A stretch of 64,000 nt of DNA from Protoeuglena noctilucae (lineage: Eukaryota). The stretch lies in the NCBI GenBank assembly GCA_958009085.1, contig OY253674.1:310001-374000 (forward strand), written 5' to 3'. Positions 48,870 to 62,000 of the stretch are shown piece after piece. Made by a program: the position numbers and the translations under genes. Under the pieces are notes generated by a model. That model saw only the letters and a program-made list of their open reading frames with translations, searched no databases and was not told where the DNA came from. Within the stretch, counting starts at the first letter, position 1, and each line of letters opens with the position of its first letter.

Positions 48870-51800
48870 ATGGGGCTGGGAGACTCGGCACTATCAACGC
48901 GGCTGATTCGGCCAACCACAGCGGACGACGCGGCGCTCCAGTTGGGCCGCATCGAGGATGACATTCGCAGATTGACGGACAAGCACGGTGCGGGCCTAGT
49001 TGGAGCAAAATGAGCTTACTTGCTTCCCCGGAGGGACACACATGCACGCTCGTGCTCCCCTGCACTCCGAGCGAGTCATACGGCGCATCCGCCGCGCTTC
49101 GCTTGCTCCAGATACAGATACGGCGGCGGAGGATGCTGGGACGAGCGGCGGGGACGAGATGCACGTCCCGGGGCAAGGTCTCGTCGCCCGCAGCGCTGTC
49201 ACGGCCGAGGACCGGCAGGTCGCCGCCCTGATGGCGGACGAGCATCCGGCCCAAGTGTATGGAGTTCCCCACGACCTGCCAGGCGTCGTCGGAGAGCGAT
49301 TGATCGCTGGGTTTCGCGGAGGTGCGCCTGTGCAGCTGCGGTGGCGTCTTTCTCGCACCGTGGCCGCGGTATCGCGCCGCGCCGGTCGCTGTCGCATGCT
49401 ATTGTTCAACACAACCAGTTGCTGTGCCCTTTTCCCTACTTAGAAGGGACTCCGCACGGCTCGGGGCTGTCCTGCTCGACTCTCCGCTGTTGCCTGCCCT
49501 CGCAGGGAACTCCCCGCGCAAAGAGCAAAACGCTCACTTGCACGGCTTTCTCGGCATCGGACTGGGCCTTCCTGCCGAGACAGCCCAGCCCATGCAAGTT
49601 CTCGCGGCTGCACCAAGCGACGACCACCACACCGACCCCCAGCAGGTGAGCGGGGGCGCGGGAGAGTGTCACACGCTTCCCGTGGATGTCGAACTGCGTG
49701 CGTCAACAGGTGAAGCTTCTTGCTTCTGCCGGTGCCTTGGCTTACCAGCGTCCTTTTCAGCAGAGTTGGTGTTGTTGGCAACAGCTGGCCCGTGGTTGCG
49801 ACAGTTCAATGCCTGGCCCGGTGCCGCCCCCGCAGCTGCGTATGCTGCGCGAGCTCGTGGCTCAGCTGCAAGGCGAGGTCCGCCGACTGCACGCACGCCT
49901 GTCGGAGGTGGAGCCCGAGCGTCGGAACGCAGAGCAGCGCCTCCGGAATGCGGCCAAGCTGCAGCGGCAGACCATGCAGGAGGAGATCGACACGCTGAAG
50001 GGCAAGCTGACGCGTGCGAAGGCCGAGGCGATTGCCTTCCCGAAACGCATCGAGGAGCTCAGCAAGGCGAGCGCAGAGCTCCGCAGCATGCATCCTCAGG
50101 CGCCAAGGGTCTTCGGCAGTCACGCAAGATGCCCTGGGCGTTTTCCGCGCAGGCTTTGGCCAAGGCGCACGAGGACCTGGAGCTGGAGAAGGCCGGGCTG
50201 CTGGCCGTGATGCGCCGCGTGCACACGCAGGAACGGGAGCTGGGGTGGTTCCGCAGCACCCAGGGCCGGGCCACGGAGGAGCTAAAGCGATCGCAGGCGC
50301 GGGAGTCTGCGCTCCGGAAGCGTCTGCAGGTGAGAGAGCCGCTCAGCGCTGCGGCTGAGCTCGACTCGTGGCTTTGCGCACTGCTACAGGTTTGGGCATC
50401 ATCGGCGGCCCTCCCGACGGCCGCAGACGATCGAGAGCGCGAATGCGCCGTTGCGGGACCAGCAGATGCACATGGCGTACCTGCTGACGCACAAGATGGC
50501 CGAGGTGCGGGCTCTGGAGAGCCTGGCGGAGGAGCGGGCCTCTGAGGTGCAGTCCTTGGAACAGCAGCGGCAACAACGGGAGGCCCAGCACCGGGGAGCC
50601 GAGGTCGCGGCGGACTCACTCGCGCGCGAGGTGTCCAAGCAGACAGACGCCCTCAGCGCGCAGCTGTTGGCCGGCAAGGAGCTGCAGCGGAGGCTAGATG
50701 AGGAGACCACGGCAAGGCGGCAGGCGGAGCGGGACCTCGAGGACGCGCGGCAGTCCCTGAAGATGCACGTTACGAGCCAGGTGAGAGGGACTGCTCGGGC
50801 CGGGCAGCTCGCATGCACGTGGGACACCAAGCTGTCGTGCCTGGGCTACGCGTGCCAATGCTGATGGTCTCCGCGTCCGCAGGCCCCCCTGCGTGCGTCG
50901 CTGCTGGAGGAGCAGCACCTGCGGCAGGAGTCGCAGCGGCGGCTGCGGGAGATGGAGGGTGCGATGGAGGAGGCGCGGGAGGAGCACCGGCGGCTGGCTG
51001 GGGAGCGCGACGCGGCTTTGGCGGAGAGGGACCGGTTGCGCGGCTTCGTCAAGGGTTACGAGGGCGAGCTGGAGGACCTGCTCGCGCAGTGGAGCGCCGT
51101 GGAGCACGACGAGCGCCTGACAGTGACGCACCGCCTGCGGCTGCTGGAGGCCAAGCGCAGCCGCGACCGGGACCTCCTGATGGACTTCCTGGAGTGGCGG
51201 GTCGTGCGGGCGCGAGAGAGCAAGGCCAAGGCGGCCGCGGGCAGTGAGCGCCCTGGCACTGCCTCGTCGGTCCTGACCAACGCCGCCGGGGCCTGGGGAT
51301 GCCCTGTGTGTGGGGCGAGGCTCTTCGGGTCTCTGTCACGGGGCCTAAAGCCCAACACGCCGTCCACGCGGCCGCACACCGGCGTGGGAGACAGCCCAGA
51401 CGTCGTGCGGCGGTCCTCCAGCCCAGGGCGCGTGGCGGGGCGGGGCAGCACGCCGCTTGCGCCCGTGATGGAGGATGAGAGCACGAGGGACGTGAGGCTG
51501 CAGGGGCCGGGCCAGCCGCGGTCTCTGAGCGCGCGGCAGCGCCCGCTGGCGGGGCGGGCGGGGCCCGGGGGCAAGGCGCCTCCCAGCAGCCGGCCGGGCA
51601 CCGCGCCGACGGGCGTGAGGCGGGGTGTCAGTCAGACGCTGCGAGATGCGCTGCGGGCGGGGATGCACGACGACGGGCGCGGAGAGGAGATTGCCGACGG
51701 GTGGGAGCGGGGGAGGGATTTGCGATTGGAAGCTGCTCCCGAAACTGCTGGGGCACAGCGGGCACGCGCGCGGGTGTCGAAACCTGCCGGAGACGCGACG

Positions 51801-52870
51801 GGGAAGGCGGTGCCTGATCGGACTTGGGAGGAGGAGCTCGAGCGCCTCGGTGCGTGTCACTGGAGTGCGGGATGCGCCGTGGTTCAATGCCGCTGTTGTT
51901 GCGCTGAGTGGCTCGTCAGCCACTGTTATCGTCCGTTGCTCTTGTCCCTTGCCTGGGCGGAGGACCAATGCCAACAAGGATGGGTGCTTGCAGGGAGGAT
52001 CAACGACATTGCGCACCAGCACGCCGAGGCGTTGACTCTCGTGCCCGGTATGGCGCTCGCGGGTTCCCGATCACCCGAGCGGCCCCTGTCTCACCGGTCG
52101 AGGACGGGGCTCGAGGCAGCACGGGAGGCGAGGGCGTCTGGTACCACGACGGAGGTGAGGGCTTGGAAGAAGACTGGTGGTGAAAGCACATAACTGTGCT
52201 GGGGCGTTGCAGGGCTGTCGTTCGCGACGTGTCCGCACCTTTTGCCGCAGTCCATCATGTTGGGTCGGAGGGTGTCGCGGTCGCGCAGCCCCAGTCCGTT
52301 CGCGGAGGAGCGATCGCCGGGGGCCACGGGTCCATCACGCCCCAGGACTGCCCAGGCCTCCCTGCGGCGCCCGGCGACCGCCGCGCCCCTCAGCACGAGC
52401 TCTCGCCTGCCCACGGGCGTCGCGGCGCGGCAACTCGCCGCAAAGGTGCCCGTGGGGCGGGCCAGCTGGGTCGGGGGTGTTGGGACTAGCTGGACAAGGC
52501 AGCAATTGAGCGACTGCTACGCGTTTCGACTGCAGGTGGCACGCAAGGTTCTCAAGAGCGCCCACGACCGCCCGAGCCGCAGCTTCCGTGTGACGCACGC
52601 ATCAGGGTAAGTGCCCGCAGGGATGCCGTCGCTGGTAGGCACAAGCCCATGCCCCAGGCAGTGTCATTTCTCACTACTGCCATCCGTCTGCTCTGCAGGG
52701 GAGACACGGGCGTGCTGGAGACTTTGGCGGATCATGCGCCGGAGTCGGAGCTCATTGCACCCGACCAGCAGCGCCTGGCCCTGCGGGTCATCGGCGCGGA
52801 CGTCGCCACCGCGACCGCCGTCTCGAGCCAGCGCGGGGACATGCAGTACGAGTCGGGGGTGATATGCTAG
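48870..52870 (+). CDS. Long coiled-coil protein with a low-complexity C-terminus
   Basis: Consecutive spliceable heptad-rich exons (LRELVAQLQGEVRRL, LEQQRQQREAQ, EEAREEHRRLAGERDAALAERDRL). Start is approximate. Confidence 0.7.
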
Positions 52871-53028
52871 GCACGGACCTGCACCGTCGCCGTCGTGATA
52901 TCGGATCAAAACTGCTAGTAGCGCGAGAAGCGCTTAGCTCTCCTGGGAACATCACAACACCTGCCGCGCGCCAGTAGGTAGCACTAGAAATACGCTCCAG
53001 CCGACAATAGAGTGGCTGGCGTTGCCAG

Positions 53029-55721
53029 TCAGGCGGGAGTGCCCTGAACGATGACACGGCCGATGAAGAGCAGGACGAGGCAGCACGCAGCGCCGAAGGC
53101 CAGGAGCGCGCGCGTTGAAAGGCTCCGCTCGGATCGCATGTCCCGGAAGATGGCCGAGAAGGAGTCCCGGGAGTGCAGGAGGCGCCAGATCCCGGGCGGG
53201 GGCACCAGGAAGGGCGCCAGTCGCGAAACCGCCAGCATCATCGCCGCCTCGACCGGGACGAGCCTCTCGATGTGCCGCTCCTTGGCACTGAAGCCAGGGC
53301 GAGCCGATGAAGTTAGCCAAGGCGCAGGGAGGGCGGAAGCATGCACGGCATGCACGGCGCAGCGGGCTAGGGGTCGCTGTGCCCTGCCACGTGCTGCCCA
53401 GCAACGCTCTTTCGCTAAACGCATGGCGCCCAGTCACCGGAATCGCTGCGGGATGCGGGACCGTGGCCGGGGGTCCTCGAAGATTTGCTCGGAGACCTCT
53501 GCCGCGCTGAAGGCGTCGTGAAGCCACGCCCGAGAGTACTGGGGCAGCAAGCTCGCGGCCTTCTGCGCAACGAGGGCGCAGAACGAGGCTTGTCCGCTGT
53601 ATCAAGCCTTGCTCGCCACCCGAGGTTGCCTCGCAGACGCACGCATGATCGCCGTCACCATGAGGCGTCGCTGCTACGCGCATCTCGCAGATGCACCCTC
53701 ACCTCGGCGTCCGCGCCAACTTCGGCCAGCACCCGGGCGAGCTGCACGACGCCCAGGACGGACGCCGAGGACGCGAGCCACAGGGAGGGCACCATGGCGT
53801 GCGCCGCGTCGCCCACCAGCGCCTCGCGCGGGCCGTGGTAACGCGTGCCGCGCGTGGTCAGGCCCTGGGACGCCGCGACCTTGGGCGTCGTGGTCAGCAT
53901 GGCGTCCGCGAGTGCGCTGGCCCACGCCCTGGGCATGCCCGGCAGCGCCCCGGCCACCAGCCCCGCCAACCGCTCCCCCGTCTCTCCTCGCTTCCGGCAA
54001 GCCTCCAGGAAGCGCGGTGCCACGGCTGCCGCGAGGTAGGTGCCGCGCGGCCCTGGCAGCGACGACACGTGCATCGTCGTCGGCGGTGGCGACCCAGGCA
54101 CACGGATGGGCCCCGCCCACACCCCGCACGTGCTGTTGAGCAGCGAGGCGAGGGCGTGGTCCCCAGATGCCGGCGGCGCCTGGCAGAAGAAGTGGTGGCG
54201 AGCCCTGCGCAGCGGCAGAGGGAACGAGAAGCATCGTGCGGGGAGCGGACATGCTACTCGAAGCACGCAGGGCCAGGCCATGGCCGCCGCCGGATGCGTC
54301 GAGGGCGGCCGTGCGTCGTCGCCACGGCTATCGCCTCAACTGGTCTGTGGCTTGCTCGAACGCCATCCCCTCCACTTGGTCTTCCAGGCACCGGCGAACT
54401 GTGGATGACCGTCCGTCCGCGCCGATCAGCATTTTGTACTCCACGTTCACGATCTGTCTTGGCTCGCCCGGGGTGCCCATCGGCGAGACCTGCAAGCGAC
54501 CAAGCGTCGAGCTTTGCCAGGGGTGCAGCCAGGTGGCCTTGCGACGCCACGCATGCCCATGCATAGTTAGACGTAGCATACGCACCACGGCCAGCCTCCG
54601 GGACGAGTTGACGATCTCCACGCGCGTGCCCCAGTGGAATGTCACAGGCAGGGACTCAGAGGAGATGCGTTTCAGGATGCCTGAGGCGCAGAGCGAGGTG
54701 CGGGTCGCTGCACCGTCGCGATGTCGCGTCGTGCACTCCGGCCTCTTGAGCAAAGCTCGCGTAGGAAGTGGGCAGCCGGTGGCATAAAAAAACTAGGATA
54801 GGGCACGTGCCTTTGATGAGGGCGGTGGTGGACACGCTGAGCGACTCCTCCCCGTGCGCAGCGAGGAGAGAGCGGTGCGTCTTGGCGGAGTGGATGGCCA
54901 CGCCCTTGAGCGCCACAAAGTCCTCCTCCGGCCTCAACATTTTCCTGCGAATGACGGGCGCCCGTCGGCGTCAGCGTGAGGGTGCTCGTCAGCACCAGCA
55001 CCCAGGTAGGGCGCCGCCACTGCGTGTGGATTACCAAGGACGCACATGCACGTGCGTGCACCGACCTGAGGTCGATGCCCACGGCGTCTAGCTCCTCAAG
55101 AGCCAGCGGAGTGAGCAGAATCTCATGGTCTGATGTGTAGGCATCGATGGCCGCCGCCGACACATCAAACGGCGACAGCAGCTTCTCGTACACATGCACC
55201 TGCGGGCGCGTGGGGGTTGCCAGGGTGATGGATGTCAGACAGCTGAAGAGTGGCTGGACATGACTGCGTCACAAGTGTGTTTGCAGCGCAGGTGTGTGGG
55301 GCGGGGCTGACCTTCATGCCCTGCCGGCCGAGGAGCAGGGCAGCGAGGAGGCCCGACAGGCCGCCGCCGACGACCAGCACGTCTTGCTCTGCGGGCGGTG
55401 GGAAAACATCGGGAAGAACTCGCTCGCTTGCGTCACGGTTGAACAGGAGGCGATGCGGAGAAAGGGGTCGCGCAGCTCACCGATTGGCACATCCTGGCCT
55501 TCGACGTACGGAAACTCTTGCTTGGCGCGTAGGGAGGAGGCGGGTTGCGGCCGCGTGGAAGTGGCACGGTTTGATGGGAACAAGGTCGCACTGCCCCACG
55601 AGTTGTGCGGGAAGCTCCTCGCAAAAGCGCATGCACCCCGCATGGCGAGCAAGGGAGTCCGATGCGCACACGAGACCGCGAGCCGGGGCCCGGCGCCCGC
55701 AGGGCACGCCCGCGATGCCAT
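53029..55721 (-). CDS. FAD-dependent monooxygenase (kynurenine 3-monooxygenase-like)
   Basis: VLVVGGGLSGLLAALLLG...VHVYEK, MLIGADGRSSTVR, LVGDAAHAMVP and a C-terminal hydrophobic anchor. Confidence 0.85.
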
Positions 55722-56153
55722 CGGGCGAGGCCCGCTCTCTTCGCCCTGGGGCCCAGGGGTGCCGCGATGGGACGTACGCGTATCGCTGAGCTCAATTGGG
55801 GAAGCAAAGGCGGGGTATATGCGGCGATGCGGCGTCTGGAGGGCGGGGTTAGACAGTTGGGCAGGGCTGTGGCGGGCCAATGTGGCTGGCCAATGAAGCT
55901 GCGACACAGTCAGCGTGGACAAGGCAAGCTGAAGGATGTAGAAGTAGGCCCCGCGCTTTCACCAGGCTCGCTCAGTCGCTGGCACCCGACAGCTTGCGTG
56001 TTGCCGCTTTGCTGGAACGAAAGCCTCGTCATTCAACCGGCCTGTGACGCATCCCAGGCGATGATGCCGTAGCTGCGCGTCAACCGCTCCCCGGGCGACC
56101 TTGGTAGCGCCTCTTGAGCCTCGCGCGTCACTCAGACTTGGCATGCGGGGGCT

Positions 56154-56755
56154 ATGCCGCGGCGCTGGATTAAGATACTCAGCTCCGACGGCTTTGAATT
56201 CTATGTGGACTACGAGGCCGCGTGCGTGAGCAATGTTATCAAGGCGTCCCTGAGCTCGGCAGGTGCGTTCGTTGCATCGCGGGGCCGTGGGCGCGGTGCG
56301 CCGCCTGAGGCTGCATAGCATGCCCCGCAAAGTGCGCTGTTTCGTGTCCCGAATTTGGCGCCCGTCTGCACCCGCGCTCGTGGACGCCAGGCGCTCGGGG
56401 ATCGTCCTCGCAGGCACCTTCACAGAGACGGAGGAAGGGACGTTCCCGGCGGGCGACATCCCTGGCGAAATCCTCGAGCGCGTGTGCCAGTACATGTACT
56501 ACAAGCTGAAGTACCGAAACACCCCGCCGGACCAGATCCCGGAGTTCCACATCCCCCACCGCCATGGTGCGTGTCACGCCGCGCCCTCCAGTGTGACTGG
56601 CGGCCCGCATCTAAGAGCGAACGGCTTGCGAAAGAGTGATGGAGCTGCGGGGCATGTCGTAGCAGTGCGTCGCATCTTGGGCCGGGCGAGCTCTACTCTT
56701 TTCTATGCATGCAGCCCTTCCACTTCTGATGGCCGCCAACTATCTCGACATCTAG
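56154..56755 (+). CDS. ELOC: Elongin C
   Basis: WIKILSSDGFEFYVD...ACVSNVIK, ILERVCQYMYYKLKY, IPEFHI and LLMAANYLD. Three exons. Confidence 0.93.
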
Positions 56756-56942
56756 ACAGCCCGACACTGCTCCCGTGTCGCCAAGAGGCCATGGCAGCGT
56801 ACAGCAGCCCGCGGCGTCCGCGGTTGGCGCCGGCTGGGGATTAGCCACGTCAGGACGTGCCTCACCTGCGCTCTGGATCACCCCGGCTGCCGGCATCGGC
56901 TGCAGTTGCCTGTGTTCGCGGCGCGTCGTCCATTGAATATCC

Positions 56943-57269
56943 ATGTCACATTTCGTTCGGCCCCACAGCTCTTTTGCTTTCCTGCGGCCGGCGTTCGAAG
57001 TCGTGGTGGCCAAAAAAGGCAGCAACAAGTCGAAGGCGCCGGCCAAAGGGGACCTCCCTACGAAAGTGTGCGCGGTGTGCGGGCGGACCTTCACTTGGCG
57101 CAAGGCGTGGGCCAAGGTGCGAGTTGCAGCGTGTGCGAGGTCCCCAGCATCGCTCCGCGAGAGACTCAGGTGCTCGCTTGGCTCGGCAATGCAGGTTTGG
57201 GACGAGGTGAAGTACTGCAGCGAGCGCTGTCGTAATCGGCGCAACCAAGCCGCCGGGGAGCGGGCGTGA
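56943..57269 (+). CDS. DUF2256-family small Cys-rich protein
   Basis: KGDLPTKVCAVCGRTFTWRKAWAK|VWDEVKYCSERCR, with intron 57117-57194. Confidence 0.9.
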   Translation: MSHFVRPHSSFAFLRPAFEVVVAKKGSNKSKAPAKGDLPTKVCAVCGRTFTWRKAWAKVRVAACARSPASLRERLRCSLGSAMQVWDEVKYCSERCRNRRNQAAGERA

Positions 57270-57304
57270 ACCGGCGACGCCAGAGGCTGAGGGCTGGGTT
57301 TGCC

Positions 57305-58749
57305 ATGAGCTTCGACGAGCTCAAGCTGAAGGAGAAATTCATGGTCCTTAGGCCCCACATGGTGAGCCGTCGACGGATTGCAGCGCGGACGGCGCAGGTT
57401 CTTGATTCGAGGTCTGCATGGTCTCCCTCCGTCTCCGTCTGGGCCCCGCAGGGCCTGCGTCCGTCGCAAGAGTCGGTCGAGATCGTTTCCAAGTACTGCC
57501 TGTTCCTGCGCACCCAAGCGAAGGACGTCGCGCGCGTCTGGGAGCAGGCAGTCACGGCGGTGCGGCAGGGGTGCCGCCAGCCGCCCCGCCCGGCCCCGCC
57601 CGCCCCGACTGATGGCTTGCGACAGCAGCCTCGCCTCCCTCTCTTCCGCAGAGCGCACCGCCGCAGCAGCTGCTGCTCGCCTACCTGGCCAACGACATCT
57701 TGCACAAGGGCCGCCGCCGCGGTGTCGAATTCCTGGATGCCTTCTACCCCGTCCTGCTGCGCACCTTGCCCAAGATGCTGGCGGCGGCGAACCCCGCCGT
57801 GCGGCAGGAGCTCGTGCGCATCGTGCAGATCTGGATTGAGGTCAAGCACTTCGGCAACACGGGAACCAAGGCCCTGCAGGACATTTTGACGGCAGGGGGC
57901 TTGAACGGCCAGAGCGCTGGTGCCGAGGCGCGAGGGGGGACCGCCGCACCTGCGCCCGCACCCGCCCCTGCCTCCGTGCCGGCCCCGCGGGACCCCCGAG
58001 AACCCCGGGGCGACGCTTGGGACGACACCCTGGCTGTGGTGGCAGAGAGGACGGCGGAGGCACGGAAAGCATCGGGGCACGCCCGGCAGAGGTGCGGCTT
58101 TGCTGCGAGCGAGTCGGAGCATGGCTGTGTCGTGCGGCTGGGTGGGTCAACGCGTGTTTGTCCGGCGTGGCCCCCCAGGTTGTTACGGGCGGAGGGCGCT
58201 GACGCCGCCAGGTTGCGTCCAGAGTTGGAGGAGGCGGCGGCTGCATCCGCCGCGGAGGTGGCGGCTTGGGAGTCACTCGGGGAGGTGGTGCGAGAACTGG
58301 CGCAGATGCAATCGCAGGCGCTTGCAAGGGTGAGGCTCGTGGCCTGGTGCGGGCGGAGGCGCATGTTCCCTTTGCTCTACGGCATCGTTGCTGAGCCGCT
58401 ACCAGCAGCATGATGCTTGAGCCTCGCCTCGTCGACTTTGCCATCGCAGGCTCGGAGCGTGCGAGACGAACTGCGACGGAAGATTGCAGCCGCCGAGGCG
58501 ACCGCTGGGGCTCATGGGGTGGATGGGCATGTGGGGGAGTCGCGTTCAGGGGAGGGTGTGAGCCCTGCGGCAGAGGGAGCTGCGGCGGAGGTGGGTGCGG
58601 CACAAGCAGGGGTGGCGGAGGCGGCCGATGGGGAGTACAGTCCGGATGAGCCGGTGCTGAGGTCAGAGCACGCTGGGGAAGCAGAGGCGAACGATGTGCG
58701 GGATGCAACGGACGATGGGCCCAGCGAGAAGAGGCAAAGGACGGAATGA
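57305..58749 (+). CDS. CID (RNA Pol II CTD-interacting) domain protein, RPRD1/Rtt103-like
   Basis: MSFDELKLKEKF...ESVEIVSKYC...VARVW, LLLAYLANDILHKGRR and ELVRIVQIWIE, followed by a coiled coil. Confidence 0.85.
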
Positions 58750-59015
58750 CGCGGCTGGCAGGGATATTGTTAAGAGCGCTTAACAACAGCATAGTGCGTT
58801 GACTGAGAGTGTCTTCACGACCGCGCGCTGCGTCTATGTCCATCAATCGCCGGCTTGCATTCGGCAGTGCATCGCATGCCGGCGGCAGGGAGCGAGCAGG
58901 AGGTGCTATCAGGCATGTGAAGATATTCGTGCGATTTGCGAGGCCGAAAGTGACCCGGTCAACGCTTTTTGCGGACCAGTTGTGGCATTCGAGCGCCATG
59001 CACGCCCTGGTGACC

Positions 59016-62000
59016 TCAACTCTCCGCACGAATCATCTCCACCAGCTCCTCTAGCGTCAGATCGCTCGTATCCTCCAGCCGCAACGCCAGCCGCTGCTGC
59101 ACAGCCCTGCTGACGACGCCAGAACGCAGCACGGGTCAGCGACGCGAACCACCAGACGCAAGCTGCCTCGTCGCGTGCCCTTCACCCTTGCGGTCCGCAT
59201 GCTCGAGCACACGTCGCGACTGCACAGACCCGTGCAAGACTTGGGCGGCTTGTCAAAGTGCGACCCTCACCTGGGCACGGGGGCTCCCTGGAATCGGTGG
59301 AAGGCCACGTGAAGGTCCTTAACCATGCTTTTGAAATAGCGGAGCTCCGCGGGGTACTGCAGGAGGGTGCAGGAGGTCGGAACGTGATGAAAAGAGCGTC
59401 GTGTTGGACAGGACACACGAGCTGTGAACCGAACCCGTACAGTGAGGTGCCCTGGCCGTCTCAGCCCCGGCTCACCAGGGCGAGCTGCTCTCGGATGTCG
59501 TCGGCGCGCTGCAGGGCCTGCTGGTGCTCGGGCGAGAGGTAGGTGACGTCGCCGTCCATCATCTGCAGCTCCTTCAGGGCCTCGACGATGCGTGCCCGGG
59601 TCTCGAGCCCTCGCAGGTACTCCAGGCGGGGCCAGGTCATCTGGCACAGGTGCTGCGCGGCGTCGGGATGCATCGACACCGAGATGCGCACTTGCTGGCG
59701 GGCCGCCGTGGCCAGGCGGGCAAGCACCTCGCGGATGACCGCCAGCGCCGCGAGGTTGTCGGACCGGATGACGCAGATGCCCTGCTTGTAGGTGCACACC
59801 ATGAAGCTCCTGCGGAAGGGGCGGGCCACATCTGGCATTGCTAAAGAGAGACTGGGAACGCAGCAGGTAGCATGGGGCACACGGAAGTATGTGGGTCGGG
59901 GCGACGGGAGACCTGAGCGAGGTTGGTGCAAGCGCGGGGAGTTTACTCATAGCACAGCTTCGCCCACCTGACGAGGCAGGAGCGGAGCGCGAGAGTGGCC
60001 TCCGCTGTGCCCGAGGGCGCCCGCGGCACCCCCTCCACGGCCTGCCCGATCCAGGCGTGCATGTCGAGAATGCTGAAGTTGCCCTGCATCCGGAGCTCGC
60101 TGAAGGGCCGGGACTGGTCGACCTCCTCCACGCTCGCGGGGACGTGGAGGCTGCGCGGAGGACGCAAAGGCGCGGTCGAGGCTCAGGCTGGCACAGGTCC
60201 AAAATGCGTAAAAGCTGACATCATGTTGCACAGCCCAGCGTTGGCTCTCACCAGAGGGGCTTGATGGGCATGCTAAAGGTCTGGGTGACTTTGTTGTCCA
60301 CGCCTGCGACGACGAACACCTGCAGCCGCCCGCTGCGGCCCTCGATGGCCCGGATCCGGAGGTGGGCCCTCGTGGCGTTGCCCTTGCACCGCAGCGTGGC
60401 GAAGCTGGCCATGTCCTCGCCCCCACTCTTCCCGCACGAGAGGATGCCATCGTCCGCCCCCGGGTCCTGGATCTCGATCTGGCACGTGCAGTGCAGCACG
60501 ACCACGGCGACCCCGTCAGGTGACTCCACTACCAGGTTGAAGGCCCCCTCGGACTCATCCAGCGTCAGCGACGCCTCGCTGCGGGAGGCACGGCGCATCG
60601 CGGACCTCAGGCATTGGCGGGGATCGCAGATGCTGCCGGTTGTGACCAGAGCCGCATCACGTGCGACGCGGACGGCAGGCCAACGGGGCTGCCATGGGCT
60701 TGCCACGGGCCGGCACTGCACATGGACGCTTTGTGAGACAAAGGAAGGTAAGCCAACACCCGCAGGCAGGCGTTTTGGCACTCTGCACCACCCCAGCCAC
60801 GCACCTATACGAGACAGACGAGACGACCACGCCCGGGGTGCTCTTGAGGACGGCCAGCACCGCCGTGGCGTGCTGGACGCGCTGCTCCAGGCCAGCGACC
60901 TCCATGGACAGCGCCCTGTGGCAGGGTGAGATGTATGGATGTGTGTCGGATATCAGATGTCACCATGAAATGGGTCAGCCCATGTTGTCAGAAACAGCCT
61001 CACTTGATGCGGTTCTCTTGCTCGTTGATGTCCGTGGTGTCCGCGTCCTCCTCGTCCTCTCCCTCCTTGGCATCTCCAGACTCGTCGCCCGGCTTCATCG
61101 ACTTTGTGGACATGAGCTTCTTCACCATGCTCAGGCCCTTGAGCGCGTTCATGCCCTTGCGGCCCGCGTCCCTGCGAGGCACGAAACGAGGTCCACCGTC
61201 GGCATACAAAGGTGTCATTAAGTTCGACTCCTGCATCGCTCTGCTGTCAGAGCCTCTGCAGATGCGAACGGCGCCTCACCGGAACTTCTTGGAATGTGCG
61301 ACGTCCACCACGCTCTCCGTGCCCACCACAAGCACGCGCCCCCGCACGGTGTGGACGCACAGCTCGTCGCTGGTGCTCCCGCCGGTGATACAGCCGGAGT
61401 CGACGCTCCCGGCGCTCTCCCTGCAACGAGCGCGGATGCCTCACGATGCGCTATTCGCGCACAGCCCAGCGTTGCTCCCAGTTAGCGGGGCGACGTGCGA
61501 AGCAACGAGCTAGCGGGCCGGCACAGATGCGCCGGCGACGCTGGCCACTGCTGTCGCTCACCCCATAGCGTGTTTCGCAATACGCTCCATCTGCCCCATG
61601 TCGTCACGCGCGTACACCTCCAAGTCGCCCCCTTCCCGCGCAATCACCACCTCCTTCATCCCGTCACGCGTTAGGTCCGCCTGAGTGTGGATCTGCAGGA
61701 AGAGGCACCCGCCACGCATTCCGACCCGCAGGCAGGGCACGGAGCGCACGAGCAGGTCATTACATGCAACAAACGTGCCCCCCGCGGAGTGCAGCCCCTG
61801 GCTCCGTCATCGCACATCGGCATCTCAGGCATCCGCAACCATCCGCACTCACCTGCGTGACGGGTGCTGGCTTGAGCCCCTTCCCCGCGATGACCCATCC
61901 GCGCCGCGCTGCCTGCTCATCCAAGAACATCTGCGCCACGACGCCCGTCTGCGTGCCGTACACGACCTCCTGCCGCCCGGCGTGCTTGTTGCCCGGCAGC

